From: Eledone cirrhosa
Taxonomy: Eukaryota
Reading direction: 5' to 3'
Assembly: GCA_964016885.1 (NCBI GenBank)
Contig: OZ024742.1
Span: 53,072,001 to 53,136,000, forward strand
DNA: 64,000 bases
Each line of letters starts with the position of its first letter. The stretch's first letter is position 1. The notes beneath the pieces were generated by a model, which saw only the letters and a list, made by a program, of their open reading frames with translations, did no database searches and was not told the DNA's origin. A program made the translations under genes and the position numbers. Positions 24,758 through 37,151 of the stretch are shown piece after piece.

Positions 24758-25689
24758 TTAAGGCGTTGAATTGGTAGAATCGCTAGAGCGTTAGATAAAT
24801 GCTTAGCAATATTTGTTTCCACTCTTTTCTGTCTAAATTCAAATCATGTCGAGATCAACTTTGCTTTTTGTCCTTGTGAGGTAAATAATATAAAGAACCA
24901 GTCAAGCACTGAGGTCGATATAATTGATTTTCCCCTCCTCAGATTGCTGGCTGTGCCTAAATTTGAAACAATTATTGAACATTTCAAGCGAACAAAATAC
25001 TTTTTCGAAGTTAATACATGAAGGATGGTTAATTATAGATAACTATAACTATGTATCAAATATTAATCATTTAAACATCTCCATTTTTTCTAATGAAACA
25101 TCAAATAGTGCTAAACTTATGTAATGGTATAACTGTCAACAACATTCAAATCTATAGAAATTTACTTGTATGCTAGTAATATATGGATCCGTAACTCCTG
25201 AGGGGGTCGTAAGGACGCTGTATTGATATACGGCGTTTCTAGGTTATTTTAAAATCTGGCAGAGCCCATCTCCTCGCCAGGTCTGAATACAGCAGGTTTT
25301 TTCCAGAGAAGAATAAAGAGAGAGAATTGAAGAATGAAAGAGACACAGAGAAATGACCGACCCCAGTACTAGATTGGTATTTATTTTTATCGATTGCAGT
25401 AGCTGGGTGTGAAGGACTGGTGTCATGTACATGGGGTGTCTTGTATTCTCAGTCACTTAACGCCATGGAAACCGAGATAAGCACCGGCCTGATGAGCCTC
25501 TGGACTCAAGTCAGACTTTAAATATTTCCAGCTATACAGATGGGGCACATTTAAACAAGGGAGTAGATTGGGAAGATACTTAGTCTTTCGAAAATAATAA
25601 TAGAGATAAGAAATTCAGATTGCCCAAGATGTTTACAATATTTGCTGCAGGTTGGTGGGGAATGATATTATCCAAAGAAATGACATGGG

Positions 25690-26170
25690 GAGAAGGTTTT
25701 TTATTTACTAATAGTTTATGGGACCTAGAAGTACTTCAATTAAGAAAAAGAAATCATGTTAGACATATTGAAACTTTTCTGCTTAGAATAGATAATTATC
25801 TTCCAGAAAATGATAATAATAAATAAACACCAATTATTTAGATACCAGGTTATACATATATTAGGGGAAATAGTAAAACAGATGAATTGGCAAAGGAGGG
25901 AACACAAAGGGAAATAATAAATAAAGATTATATCCCAAATCTATCGGAATTCAAGTTATTTAACAACAATGTAATTATATAAAGCTCTCAAATCTCAATC
26001 CTCCATTACCTCAGTTAGACCTGTCAATATTTAAAATATAGCGGACAGTGAACAATGTTAATAAACAAAGATTATGTTAGATTCGAACGGGTTGAACTAT
26101 ATTTTTTCCTGAACTGGTCATATGGAATCGCTTGTGTCCTTGTGGAGACTGACAAGAAATATTGTGTCCA
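25690..26170 (+). mobile_element. LINE fragment with RNase H-like domain (I/Nimb/Ingi-type)
   Basis: Decayed LFTNSL ... IPGYTYIRGNSKTDELAKEG resembles the RNase H motif WIPGH.GI.GNE.AD.LAK. Confidence 0.55.
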
Positions 26171-26211
26171 TGTGAAATTTTTGGCATTATTTATTCTAAT
26201 TTAGAAAATAC

Positions 26212-26216
<5 letters not shown>

Positions 26217-26286
<70 letters not shown>
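26217..26286. repeat. (GA)n microsatellite
   Basis: Direct observation. Confidence 0.95.
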
Positions 26287-26287
<1 letters not shown>

Positions 26288-26984
26288 ATCTTGAAGTTGG
26301 TCTTTAAAATCTTCTAACTTTGGAGAAAAACTTCTAACTTTGGAGGTGAAACATATTGTCAAAAATCTACCAACTATATACAAATCTTTCAGTACATTTA
26401 GGCCACGAAAAGATTCAGCTTCAGAAGCTTTCAGCTATTCTATAGTTGCCATTGTTTTTTTACCTTTTTTATTTTGCTTCCTATTGTCATTCACTCTCTG
26501 TCTCCCTCTTCTTAACTGGAAGAGATACTAGATAGCTCCCATAGTTTGTCTTGTCTTACTAGGTTTATACGGACGTTTAAATTGATAAAACATTTAAATA
26601 AATATTAATTTTTACGTCATCATGTGCATTTCGTTTTTGTATTCAACACAGAAAAAAAAAAAATCATTTCAAGGGAGGTAACCACACTTATATATTATGT
26701 AATATGAGGTTATTTTATAATTGTTTCTACTTCTGGCACAAGGCCAGCAATTACCCCAGTGTATTACTGGTACTTTATTTTATCGACCCCGTAAGGATGA
26801 AAGGCAAAGTTAACCTCGGCCGGATTTGAACTCAGATCGTAAAGGGACGTAGCTATGCTGGAAAGCATGTCCAACCCTCTACCGATACTGCCAATTCATT
26901 TTATAATGAAAGTTTTGAAGCAATATGAGAATTTTTTTTTTTCGGTAGAAACAATAGTTTATAACATTGCCTATTAATCCGTAT

Positions 26985-27392
26985 GGTGAGCAAATGGAGT
27001 CCCACGTGCTGGCCTCCCCACATCCCCGGCGGACAGGATAGAGAAGACGTTTCGCCGGAGGATGGTAAGGGAGATGCGCTAGAAGAGCCATTCCAACTCG
27101 CGAGGCTCACACCTGCGGCTGGCCAGCTCAGCACCTATGGTGGTGAATAGGGAGGTAACCCTAGGGTCAAAGACACCAGAAGTCTCCACTGCTAAGGGCG
27201 CGACAGCGAACCTGTCGGAGAGCGACCGGTACTTTGAGAGTTTGGCCTCCTCAGTCCGACGTGCAGCAGTACCTGGGTTAGCCGGAGACTGCACCAGGTT
27301 GCGGCTGGAGAAAGTGTCGCTGCAAGTGGCATCCCAGACGAGGGGTTTGCCACCGCGGAACGGAAGATGGTCATCCTCGATCCAGCCCCACA
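26985..27392 (-). mobile_element. CRE-like non-LTR retrotransposon 3' fragment
   Basis: PFRGGKPLVWDATCSDTF..PGTAARRTEEAKLSKY..PLAVETSGVF. Confidence 0.75.
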
Positions 27393-27743
27393 ATAACATA
27401 CGTAAACACATGTTCTATGGTGCAACACAAATTTGCATACCTTTTAATGTCTATAGATATAAACGTGCCGACACACACACATACATATACGCACACATTC
27501 ATTGCACACTGATGGGCACATACATATTTGTACACAAGTATTCCAATACGGCAAGGCCTAATGGATTCCCCTTGCAGTACTTACAATCTGGACACTCACA
27601 CACACCTTGGTATTATGCCAATACTATATATCATTTCACACCTTTTATTATTAAGGTTTTTGATGTTCTATTGAGAGAATCGTTTTTACTGAAAATATCG
27701 AATAATGTACACCATTTTTACCAGTATCACAAAAATACTGGTG

Positions 27744-27774
27744 CACCCACACACACACACACACACATTCTCCA

Positions 27775-27807
<33 letters not shown>

Positions 27808-27835
27808 TACACACGCGTACATTAACATACAAAGA

Positions 27836-27880
<45 letters not shown>

Positions 27881-27987
27881 CTCCGTATAAGACAAGAGCT
27901 GAAAAATATCTTTTAACATGTTAAAATATCCCCCGCACACGTACAGACACATTCCTACTGACCATCCCTCTACCACGAATTACTCTG

Positions 27988-28068
<81 letters not shown>

Positions 28069-28180
28069 TCTTAATGGGCATTTGAACTGTCAACAGGCTG
28101 CGGTTCGCACACACATCCCTGCTGACCATTATCACAACAACGAACCTCTTTACTACTACTACTACACACACACACACACA
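27744..28180. repeat. (CA)n microsatellite cluster
   Basis: Several long CA tracts. Confidence 0.9.
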
Positions 28181-28558
28181 TATTTGTCTTGAAAGACTTA
28201 TTTTTCAGTGACTTCTCAATCAGCCGAGACAAACCTACATTTGGCGCAAAATCAATTTTTAACATTCACATGACCTCTACCGACCAATCGAAATTGTTTT
28301 GACCACAAGAATTTTTTCATACATCTGGAGCCACTTTTTTTTACATAAAACAGGTAGAATTTCCAAAACTAATCAGATTAGAGCAAACATCACGGGCGCT
28401 CTATCTCAAAATTATTTTTGAAAAGCATTAGAAATGCGCAACCGGTAAAACTTAAAACCAAAACTGAATATTAACCAATACTATTACTAATATTTACTTA
28501 TTCCTAATTAAACTATTTTTCACTGGGAACAATTTGTCAGCATATTCTTTTTCTTTTA

Positions 28559-28595
<37 letters not shown>

Positions 28596-28764
28596 TACAA
28601 TATTTTATTTACTTCCTTCGATACATCTAAAATATTACTAATCAGTCAATGTACACCATTAATATTTCGATTCCATTGCTTTATTTTTTTCTATTTAAGT
28701 AAGCTAACCGTTAAATATTGATGTTTGTGATCTTATTATCTACCCTACAAATGACCGTAATTTA

Positions 28765-29262
28765 GGCACAAGGACAACACTTTTAGGGAAGGGGAAAGTC
28801 GATTAAATCGACCCCAATGCATTACTGGTACTTTATTTTATCGAACTATATACTGCAAATCATGGTGTCCGATACTCTACCGATTCTGCCACGTAATAAT
28901 TGTTTCTACCTTTGGCACAAGACCAGCAATTACCTCAGTACATTACTGGTACTTTATTTTATCGACCCCGTAAGGATAAAAGGCAAAGTTAACCTCGGCA
29001 GGATTTGAACTCAGACCATAAAGGGCCGTAACTCTTTGCTGCAAAGCATGGCGTCAGACCCTCTACATACTGCCAATCCATCGCCCTTAATAATAGCCAC
29101 GTAATAATTGTTTCTACTTTTGGCACAAGGCCAGCAATTATCCCAGTATATTACTGGTACTTTATTTTATCGACCCCGTAGGGATGAAAGGCAAAGTTAA
29201 CCTCGGCGGGATTTGAACTCAGACCATAAAGGGCCGTAACTCTTTGCTGTAAAGCATGGCGT
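28765..29262 (-). mobile_element. Tandem SINE concatemer (~3 units)
   Basis: Repeated gccacgtaataattgtttctac..tggcacaag...tcgaccccgta...gcaaagcatgg units. Confidence 0.75.
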
Positions 29263-29814
29263 GGCCACTCACAAGCAGTCCAGAATCTAGCTGTTCATGT
29301 CCAGTTTAACACCATTGCTTGGTTCTTACATCGAATTGATTTCAGTGAAATAAAACATTTGCTTCAAAAACCTGAAGAACAAGAAATTTGAAATGTAAGT
29401 GTCCCAACGCAAATGACCGTAATAATAGCCACTCACTATAATAGTTGAGAAAATCGAATAAAATACCGCTAGAGAGGGGGAAAAGAGGGCCATGATACCA
29501 CTGAGGAAGTCAATACCTTTGTTTTCACATAGAGCGTTTCTTTTGAATTCTCAATTCTCAATTCTGTATTACTGAAGTCAGTAAACTAACATTTTGATAC
29601 ATAACAATTTAGGAGTGACCCAACATAGACACAATATTCTTTCATTAGAATTTAAACAACATCAACTAGGTAAATATGTCTGTATGCGTGCGTGTGTGTG
29701 TTTGTGTGCAGGTATGGATGTTATTGTATGTGTGGTTCCGTATGCTTTGAGTTATATGTGTACACATGCATGTGTTTTGTATCTATACATGTATATATGC
29801 AGTTATTACATGTA

Positions 29815-30020
29815 GATTACCAGGTCACTCTTGAGTGCTACTGGTAACATGTAAACAAGTACAACCTGTCGCATGGTCGGGTCGTCGGCGACTAAACTGG
29901 CAACCCAACCAAGCTTACTTGGTGAGGAGGGTGATTTTGGACACCCTGCAGGACAAAAAACAAAACCTGACAAAGGGCGGAAGAACTCATAAGAGTCAAC
30001 GGCCATCCAAAAATGTGTAA
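29815..30020 (+). mobile_element. Short interspersed element with HDV-like-ribozyme-like 5' region
   Basis: GC-rich island between microsatellite-like flanks; see the finding at 29823-29900. Confidence 0.45.
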
Positions 30021-30069
30021 ATATGTATATACACATGTACATATGTATGTGTATGTATATGCCTGTGTA

Positions 30070-30760
30070 TATTCCTCGGGTGTCAGGGAGGGGCATGTAC
30101 CTCTGTAGGGGAGCTAGCCATGCCCTTTTCAGGACAGCTCGTCCTGCATTGGGTCCCACCTGACACTCAGATCTCACCTGTGGCCCCAAGAAGCTGTAGC
30201 ATGCGACAGCGGCCACAACCCCTGTAAACTGCCTTGGCTGGCGGGCCGAACCAGGTTGAGGGTAGCCGGAGGGGTCTGAAATACCCCGGTGAGTTAGATA
30301 GGGGGTGCCTCCTCCTGCATGTGAAGAGTGGACCTGGCGGAGTGAGTGGAGGAGGACAACATCGTCCCAACGGTCACGAAGGCGGCGACAGAATCGGTGT
30401 GGAGAGCTAGGGCACGGCAAGGCACTACAGACGTCGTGGCCATCCACTGCAGTCAAGGAAGTATCTGGTCGTGACGGTCCTCCGTACCACCGACCGAGTG
30501 AGTGGGACCGTCACTGTGCACTGGCCCTCCCATTATAAACCTTTCCCGCACAGGTTTATTCTTTAGCGTGCACTCCCAAAGCCCTGCGGCGATGGGCGAG
30601 AGGCGGAGGTAACAGGTGAATGACTCCGGTCTCTTCCTCTGCCCCCACTATCCCCGGACCTGTAAGTCAAGGATCGACCTCCACAGCCACCTTCACGCCC
30701 ACGGCAGACGGGAACAACAATGTAGAAGATGTCATCGTCGTTTACGATGGACAACCAAGA
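30070..30760 (+). mobile_element. Internally deleted RTE (BovB-like) element: 5' UTR fused to 3' zinc finger and tail
   Basis: GC-rich 5' UTR-like segment; FLCPHYPRTCKSRIDLHSHLHAH; 3' hairpin catcgt..acgatg. Confidence 0.6.
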
Positions 30761-30764
30761 CATG

Positions 30765-31380
30765 TAGAATTATTGGAATGTTTTACATATTTTTACAGTT
30801 CCATTAATGGATTGTACTTATAACTTCCTAACTAGTGGTGTTTATTCTGGTTCTGTGAAGCCCATCTTCTCAAGATTTGTACAGAGGGAGCTAGTAGCAT
30901 ATTCCAGAGCCCAAATGATCACAGGTATAAATCTGGAGGTATAGTCAGGATGGAGTATCTGTAGATTCCTAATTAGTTCAGCATAGATATTCTCCTTTTC
31001 GCTAATCTTTAATATTATTGGCATCTGCCGGAAAATTGACTTCCACGATTGTGCATGCCTTCTTTTCCCTGTCTCATATAACTATATCTGGTCTGTTATG
31101 TTTACATTTTATTGGAGTTTTGACTGGATCATTCCACCAGTACTCTTTCATATTATGTATGTATATGTCTTCCACATTGCTGTAACTTTTAATGTTTATT
31201 GCAGGGGCTATATTTTCTACGGACTGCATTGTATAGTGTTCTGGCCAATACATCTTGACTCATCACTACATAGGACCGCGGTGACATCTTTAGACAGCTG
31301 CGTATCACGTGGGTGTCACCTACGATGTTAATACTGCACAGTTTGCATTTGCTGTCATCCCAAAGCTGCTGGATCAGCCT
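30765..31380 (-). mobile_element. R4/Dong-like (RLE) non-LTR retrotransposon 3' fragment
   Basis: CKLC...THVIRSC zinc knuckle, KHNRPDIVI RLE motif, EKENIYAEL..FIPVII.AL. Confidence 0.7.
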
Positions 31381-31448
<68 letters not shown>

Positions 31449-31451
<3 letters not shown>

Positions 31452-33522
31452 GTTCAGAAAAGATTGTTTTGGTAAAAACAGGAGTAAGAAGGAGAAAGCT
31501 CTCAACAATCGTAGTTTTTAGTTACGATGGAGAATTTTATAAAAATAACAAATTAAGATGCTGAGGTTACATATATCGTTTAATCATTATAATTATTTCC
31601 ACGGTTCTCCATGCAATCGATGCCTCTTCCTCTGTTGGTAACATCTTAAACCGTGAACGACCGGGGAATCATACAACGCGATCCGGAGATCTGGGCGACG
31701 TCACGCCTCCGAGCTGTAACTAGAAACCCCAGTAACTGCCCCCTGGAAGGCAAGTGCCTTAGCAGTGGCTTAGTATATGAATGTAGGGTGAGTGCCAACA
31801 ACCAAAACTTCACCTATATCGGAGCCACGGCTAATAAATTTAAGGAACATAAATTTACAATTACTGCCACACCTTTAGGAGAGTTGATAAGAAATACAGC
31901 ACCGCCCTCTCAGAACTGGTGTGGCGTCTCAAACATGATAACTTAGAATACACCTTGTCGTTGTCCAAGGTAGCCTCAGCCGAACCTTGCAGAGGGGGTG
32001 GACATGACCCATGCGAGATTATGGAAATAATCGAGAGGGGAGCTCGAGTTATCAATAAAAGGAGTAACCTCTTCAGCACCTGCCCCCACAGATCATCTGG
32101 AACCTCCCTCAAACTGCACGGACTAACATAGTTGTACTAGGTGAGGACTATTGCAAGCTTGACCGTGGGAGCCGGGCGTGGCCACACAACAACCCCAGTG
32201 TCAAGCGAACCATGGATAACTTGTTTGCACACCTGCAGTCTCTGTGTGTACATGTTTCATGTCCCTTGTTCCTTATTCTCTGTTTGTATACCTACTGTTG
32301 TTTTTTATGTATTTTTGTCCCTTACTTTCGTTTCCCGTAACTCTCTTCCATAGTCTAACAGCCCTTTTAATAGTATTGATGCCACTGTAGTTACAACTGA
32401 ATGCTATTGTGGTTAGATGTTTTTCTGCACTGTAATTATTGCTAGCCTTGTGCCTTACAATGATAGAGGTGACTGTATTAACTGTGCATGTATTTATATA
32501 TATAAATATCCATCTATATTTCTGTCCAATTTTCGCTTCCTTGTTTCAACGGACTACTATTGTGGTTAGTTTGTTTTTCTCTGCAACGTATTTACTACTG
32601 GCCTTGTGCCTTTGGATGGAAGCGAGGCCTTTTCTTGTTGCCGCCGTCACCGTGGTGGGCTCATCACTGGTGTTGTTGTTGTTATTGTTGTTGGTGTTAC
32701 CACTGTCTGGCTCCCGGGTAATGGGTGCTCACTGCCATTGACTTGATACTAATATCAATGATACCACCACGACTACGACGACCGGGGTAGGTGATGGACG
32801 GTGTTAATGTTTGTTGCCGTTTCTATTGTTGTTGTTGCTATATATAGTCATGGTGATAGATGCCACCAATTCTGTGTATCCACCTACCCCAGAACTCCTT
32901 TTGTTGCTTTGCTGTTATCGTTGTTATTGTCGGCGAGGTGATACTGTCACTACGACTGCTACGGCCTATGTACACGACGCTGGTCTGTGTTTTTGCTGTT
33001 GTTGTTGTTGTTGTTGTTGTAACTGTTTACTCTAGCTGTTGCTTTCGTTGTTGTTGTCAGTAATATCACTACGACTGATACGGCCAGTGTGGACTATATT
33101 AGTTGCTGTTATTGTCGTTGTTGTTGTTGTCGTTGTTGTTGTTGTCGTTTTTGTTGTTGTAGTTGTTGTCTTAAGGTGGTTGTCAACAAAATATATACCC
33201 CACCCTCCCTCAGAGCTCCATTTATTGCTTCCACTGTCTACTGGGCTTTAGCTACACACAGGTTTTTCGTTGATAGTTTTTTCTAGCAAACACGACGGCA
33301 GGCAAACCCTTCAAGGAACTCATATGTCTGCTGGGCAAACAATAGGACGTGTATTTTCCTGCCAGCGACATATCAAAGATATCGGTAATTCATCTGAGGA
33401 TACCGTTCTCATAACAACAGCAAATGCATGAAGGGCATCTCGATTGCATGGAGAACTGTGGGAATAATTATAATGATTAAACGATAGATGTAACCTCAGC
33501 CTCTTATTTTGTTATTTATATA
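31449..33522 (+). mobile_element. Penelope-like element, 5'-truncated, with inverted pseudo-LTR
   Basis: GIY-YIG remnant CPLEGKCLSSGLVYECRV..YIGAT; ~31538-31621 is the reverse complement of ~33440-33520; both ends abut (TA)n. Confidence 0.8.
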
Positions 33523-33529
33523 TATATAT

Positions 33530-34130
33530 CTTGATAAGTAGAAGAGAGGACAATACTCTGATTCCATTGGGGAAATGGCCATGTTCTATATGTAGAAGAG
33601 GAACTGGCATAAATTCCATAAAATGTACGCAATGCAGATCTTGGGTACACAAGAGATGTAGTGGGATAGCAGGCAAACTAACAGGTAGGGAAGACTACGT
33701 ATGCAGTAGATGTACAGGGAAAGTTGGCAGTAGTAATCGCAGTGATAGACACATTTTTCCAATGCATGTGGGTTCTATAGAAGTGGTTGATAGCTTCCGG
33801 TACCTAGGTGATCAGATTAGCATGGGAAGGGGTGTTCCGAGGCCATAGTATCTAGAATAAGGACTTGTTGGAAGAAGTTTAGGGAGCTGCTTACACTGTT
33901 GACAAAGAAGGGTTTCTCTCTGCGTACGAAAGGACGGTTATATGATGCCTGTGTGAGATGCGCGATGCTGCATGGTAGTGAGACATGGGCAGCAACTGCA
34001 GAAGATATGCGACAGCTGGAGAGAAATGAAGCAAGTATGCTCCGTTGGATGTGCAATGCCAATGTGCGTGAACGACCAAGCATAGACGAGTTGAGAAAGA
34101 AACTGGGTATAAGAGGGATAAGTTGTGGTT
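33530..34130 (+). mobile_element. RTE LINE fragment of the PHD-containing family
   Basis: WPCSICRRG..CTQCRSWVHKRC; KGRLYDACVR.AMLHGSETW. Same family as 53.1-56.8 kb. Confidence 0.85.
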
Positions 34131-34522
34131 TGCTGAAAATTTAAAGTAAGTGAGACTGTCACTACTCTAAAACAATAGCATAAGGTCTTCGAAATGCTAT
34201 ACATTCATATATATATCGCTATTTCAGAGCGCCAATTCTAATTTTCAATTTCTGCTTGACCGGCAACCGCTCTGTATAATCAGTTCCTGATTATTACTAG
34301 AAATTCTATAAGAATCAAACATTCATGATTTTCAGCAAACATGTGGAGTACTTGGCTTTGATAAGCCAAGTACGAAACATAGCTCTGTCAGCTTTATCTC
34401 CCCTGTTTGCTGAAAATTTAAAGTAAGTGAGACTGTCACTACTCTAAAACAATAGCATAAGGTCTTCGAAATGCTTTTAATTAAGCATACAGTGTATTGC
34501 AAAATACACTATATTTACATTC

Positions 34523-34553
<31 letters not shown>

Positions 34554-34669
34554 ATATATATATATATATAATATGTATATGTATATATAATATATATATA
34601 TCTATATATATGTATATATATAATATATAATGGAAAAATTTGAACAGGAACAAAACAGAGAGGCAGTAC

Positions 34670-35532
34670 AACGAATGTTTATTAATTTCACGCTCTGGAG
34701 AGTGGGGTGGTGGTGGGGAACGACGTTTCGGGCATAAGCCCTTCCTCAGGTGAGAAGTGTGTGGGAACAGAGTTCAAAGGGTGTGTAGGGGAGTGGTGGA
34801 GAGACATATAGCGAAAGGAAACGGTGCGAATGAAATTAAAAATAAAAATAAAAATAAAGCATGATCAAAATACAAGGAATGAAATAAAAATAAATATAAA
34901 AGCATGATCAAAATAAACTGGAATTAAAAGGGGTAAAACAGGTGGTGGAAGGGTGTGGGGTGTGTAGGGGTGGTGGCGGGTGGAGTGGGGGGAGGGCTGA
35001 AGGTGGTGTGTGTGTGTAGGTGTGTATGTGAAAGCAAGGGTTGGGGAAGAACGGGGTTGCATGTTCAGGACGAGGTGTGTGTGGGGGGTGTAGGTCGGAG
35101 TGCCTGTGCGTGTGTGGATAGAGGGGTGGGGGGAGAGGAATCAGGAGGTTGAGGGTGTAAATATGTGGTGGAAAGCACGTGTGTGGGGGGTTTAAGCGTG
35201 TTGTGGGTGTAGGTGGCGTGTGGGAGAAAAATGTTTGGGGGGTTTGTGTGTGGGCGAGTTATATAGGTGATTCCGTAAGAGGATGGTTGAAATGTTGGTA
35301 AATTCCTATGATGTTAGTAGATTCCGCGGTGGTCAAGTTCCACATACGAGTATTCCATGAAGAGATGGTCGGAAGAGAAGAGATGTGGGGTGCGCGCGCA
35401 ACAGGAAGTGGTCAAGGCGGTGGGAGTGCTGTGTGTCTGTTTGTGCTGGGAGGTGGTCAGAGGGCATGGCAGCAGTCGGGTGGAATGGTAAAGGGGCGAG
35501 GATGGGTAGGTGTGAAAGTTGGAGTGAGGAGG
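34670..35532 (-). mobile_element. Penelope-like 3' fragment with minimal hammerhead motif
   Basis: Minus strand cctgaggaagggcttatgcccgaaacgtcg near the 3' end, followed by aataaa; flanked by (TA)n. Confidence 0.6.
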
Positions 35533-35867
35533 GTGTATATATATATATATATGTATATATATAATATATATATGTATATATATATATAATATATATAAAT
35601 ATGTATATATATATAAATGTTTATACAAATATAAATGTTCATAACTGATTTAGAGCACTCAACAGTTTACTGGTGTAAATATTCAATGATATTAAATAAA
35701 TGGAAACTATAAAACAAACTTTGTATTTTATCTGATGAAAGCGCACCAATGTTATCTTGGTTGTCCTTGAAATATATATAATAAAATAAATATGGTTTTA
35801 TAAATATAGTTTGCATTTATTTAATATCATTGTATATGTATATAATATATATATATGTATATATATA

Positions 35868-35900
<33 letters not shown>

Positions 35901-35930
35901 ATATATATATGTATATATATATAATATATA

Positions 35931-36016
<86 letters not shown>

Positions 36017-36030
36017 TATGTATATATATA

Positions 36031-36935
36031 CTAGCTGAGGTACTCAGCGTTGCTAGGGTTTAAGTAATACAATTGTTTGTGCAGAAATAACACTTGAAGC
36101 TCTCGGTTGAATTAAGTCTTATAGGAAAGCACAGTCATCGTCGGGGATGTCCACACCACGACCAACTGGTTAATGCGACTTGCAGAGGCCTTCTATTCGT
36201 CCCGTAAGATGTTCCATTCGGTTAAATATACGCATGTTGGCAGCACAGATAACACAGCCTAGGGTGGGTAGGTAATTTTAAAATATACTTACGGCCCGCG
36301 TGTCAACTGTGGCCCGTTGAAGATTTCTATTTGACTCGCAAAAGGTTCCGCCAGGTATACATTTTTGGAAAATACCCCCGCATTACCCAACCAGAGCCCA
36401 TAAATCCCATTTGTGTGGAGGGCAAGTTCAATTGTTATCCATCCCATTTGCGTACAACCTTCTGTCCACTGGAGAAAACCATACACTGCACATAAGTGGT
36501 GTATCTATGATGTTTGAAAAAAGCATTTGCGACATTTGATATTTACGGTATTTTCGCTTTATTAAGGTGCCCTGGGGAAACTTTTAACACCTTATTGATA
36601 CATAAATAATGCACCTGTACAGTTTAAAGCAAATTGGTTGCTCATATCAGAAGAAACAAACCAAATGAAAAATATGTTTGTGCGGCTTTTTAACCTTCCG
36701 CGAGTTGTCTGGGATAATTTTTTCTTAGCCTAAAGCCATCCTTAGCACATAATTCATATGAGCATTTGCATGCAAATGTCCTATTGATTTATAAAAAATC
36801 GATGCAGACTGGAAATTATTGGGGGTTTTTTAACTTCAAAGTACGTAAGAAATCAAATGGGCATGAGAGTCACAAATGTTTTTGAGTTTTAGGTTCACAA
36901 ACAAATCCACAAACACACACACAAATAGACATAAA
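36031..36935 (-). mobile_element. Non-autonomous Helitron
   Basis: Minus-strand 3' end ...ccctagcaacgctgagtacctcagCTAG|t with a subterminal hairpin; tgtgtgtgtttgt microsatellite-like tract near the other end. Confidence 0.6.
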
Positions 36936-37151
36936 TTACCATTGTAGTGTGCAGGAGAGAAGATTACGTTGGTATGGACATGTGATGCGCATGGAGGATG
37001 ACTGCTGGGTAAAGAAGTGCCAAGAAATCCCAGTGGAAGAAAGACCACAAAAATTATGGGCGGAGGTGGTGAGAGCTGACCTCAAATCGCTGAAGCTCGT
37101 GGAGGAGATGGCGAAGGACCGTGACAAATAAAATGATGATGATGATGATAT

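Noticed and set aside
25486-25520. ctgatgag as a hammerhead core
   Set aside because: No stem II followed by GAAA; it looks like a SINE 3' tail hairpin.
27137-27916. 259-aa ORF as a host gene
   Set aside because: It is the antisense of a CRE-like fragment running into (CA)n microsatellites.
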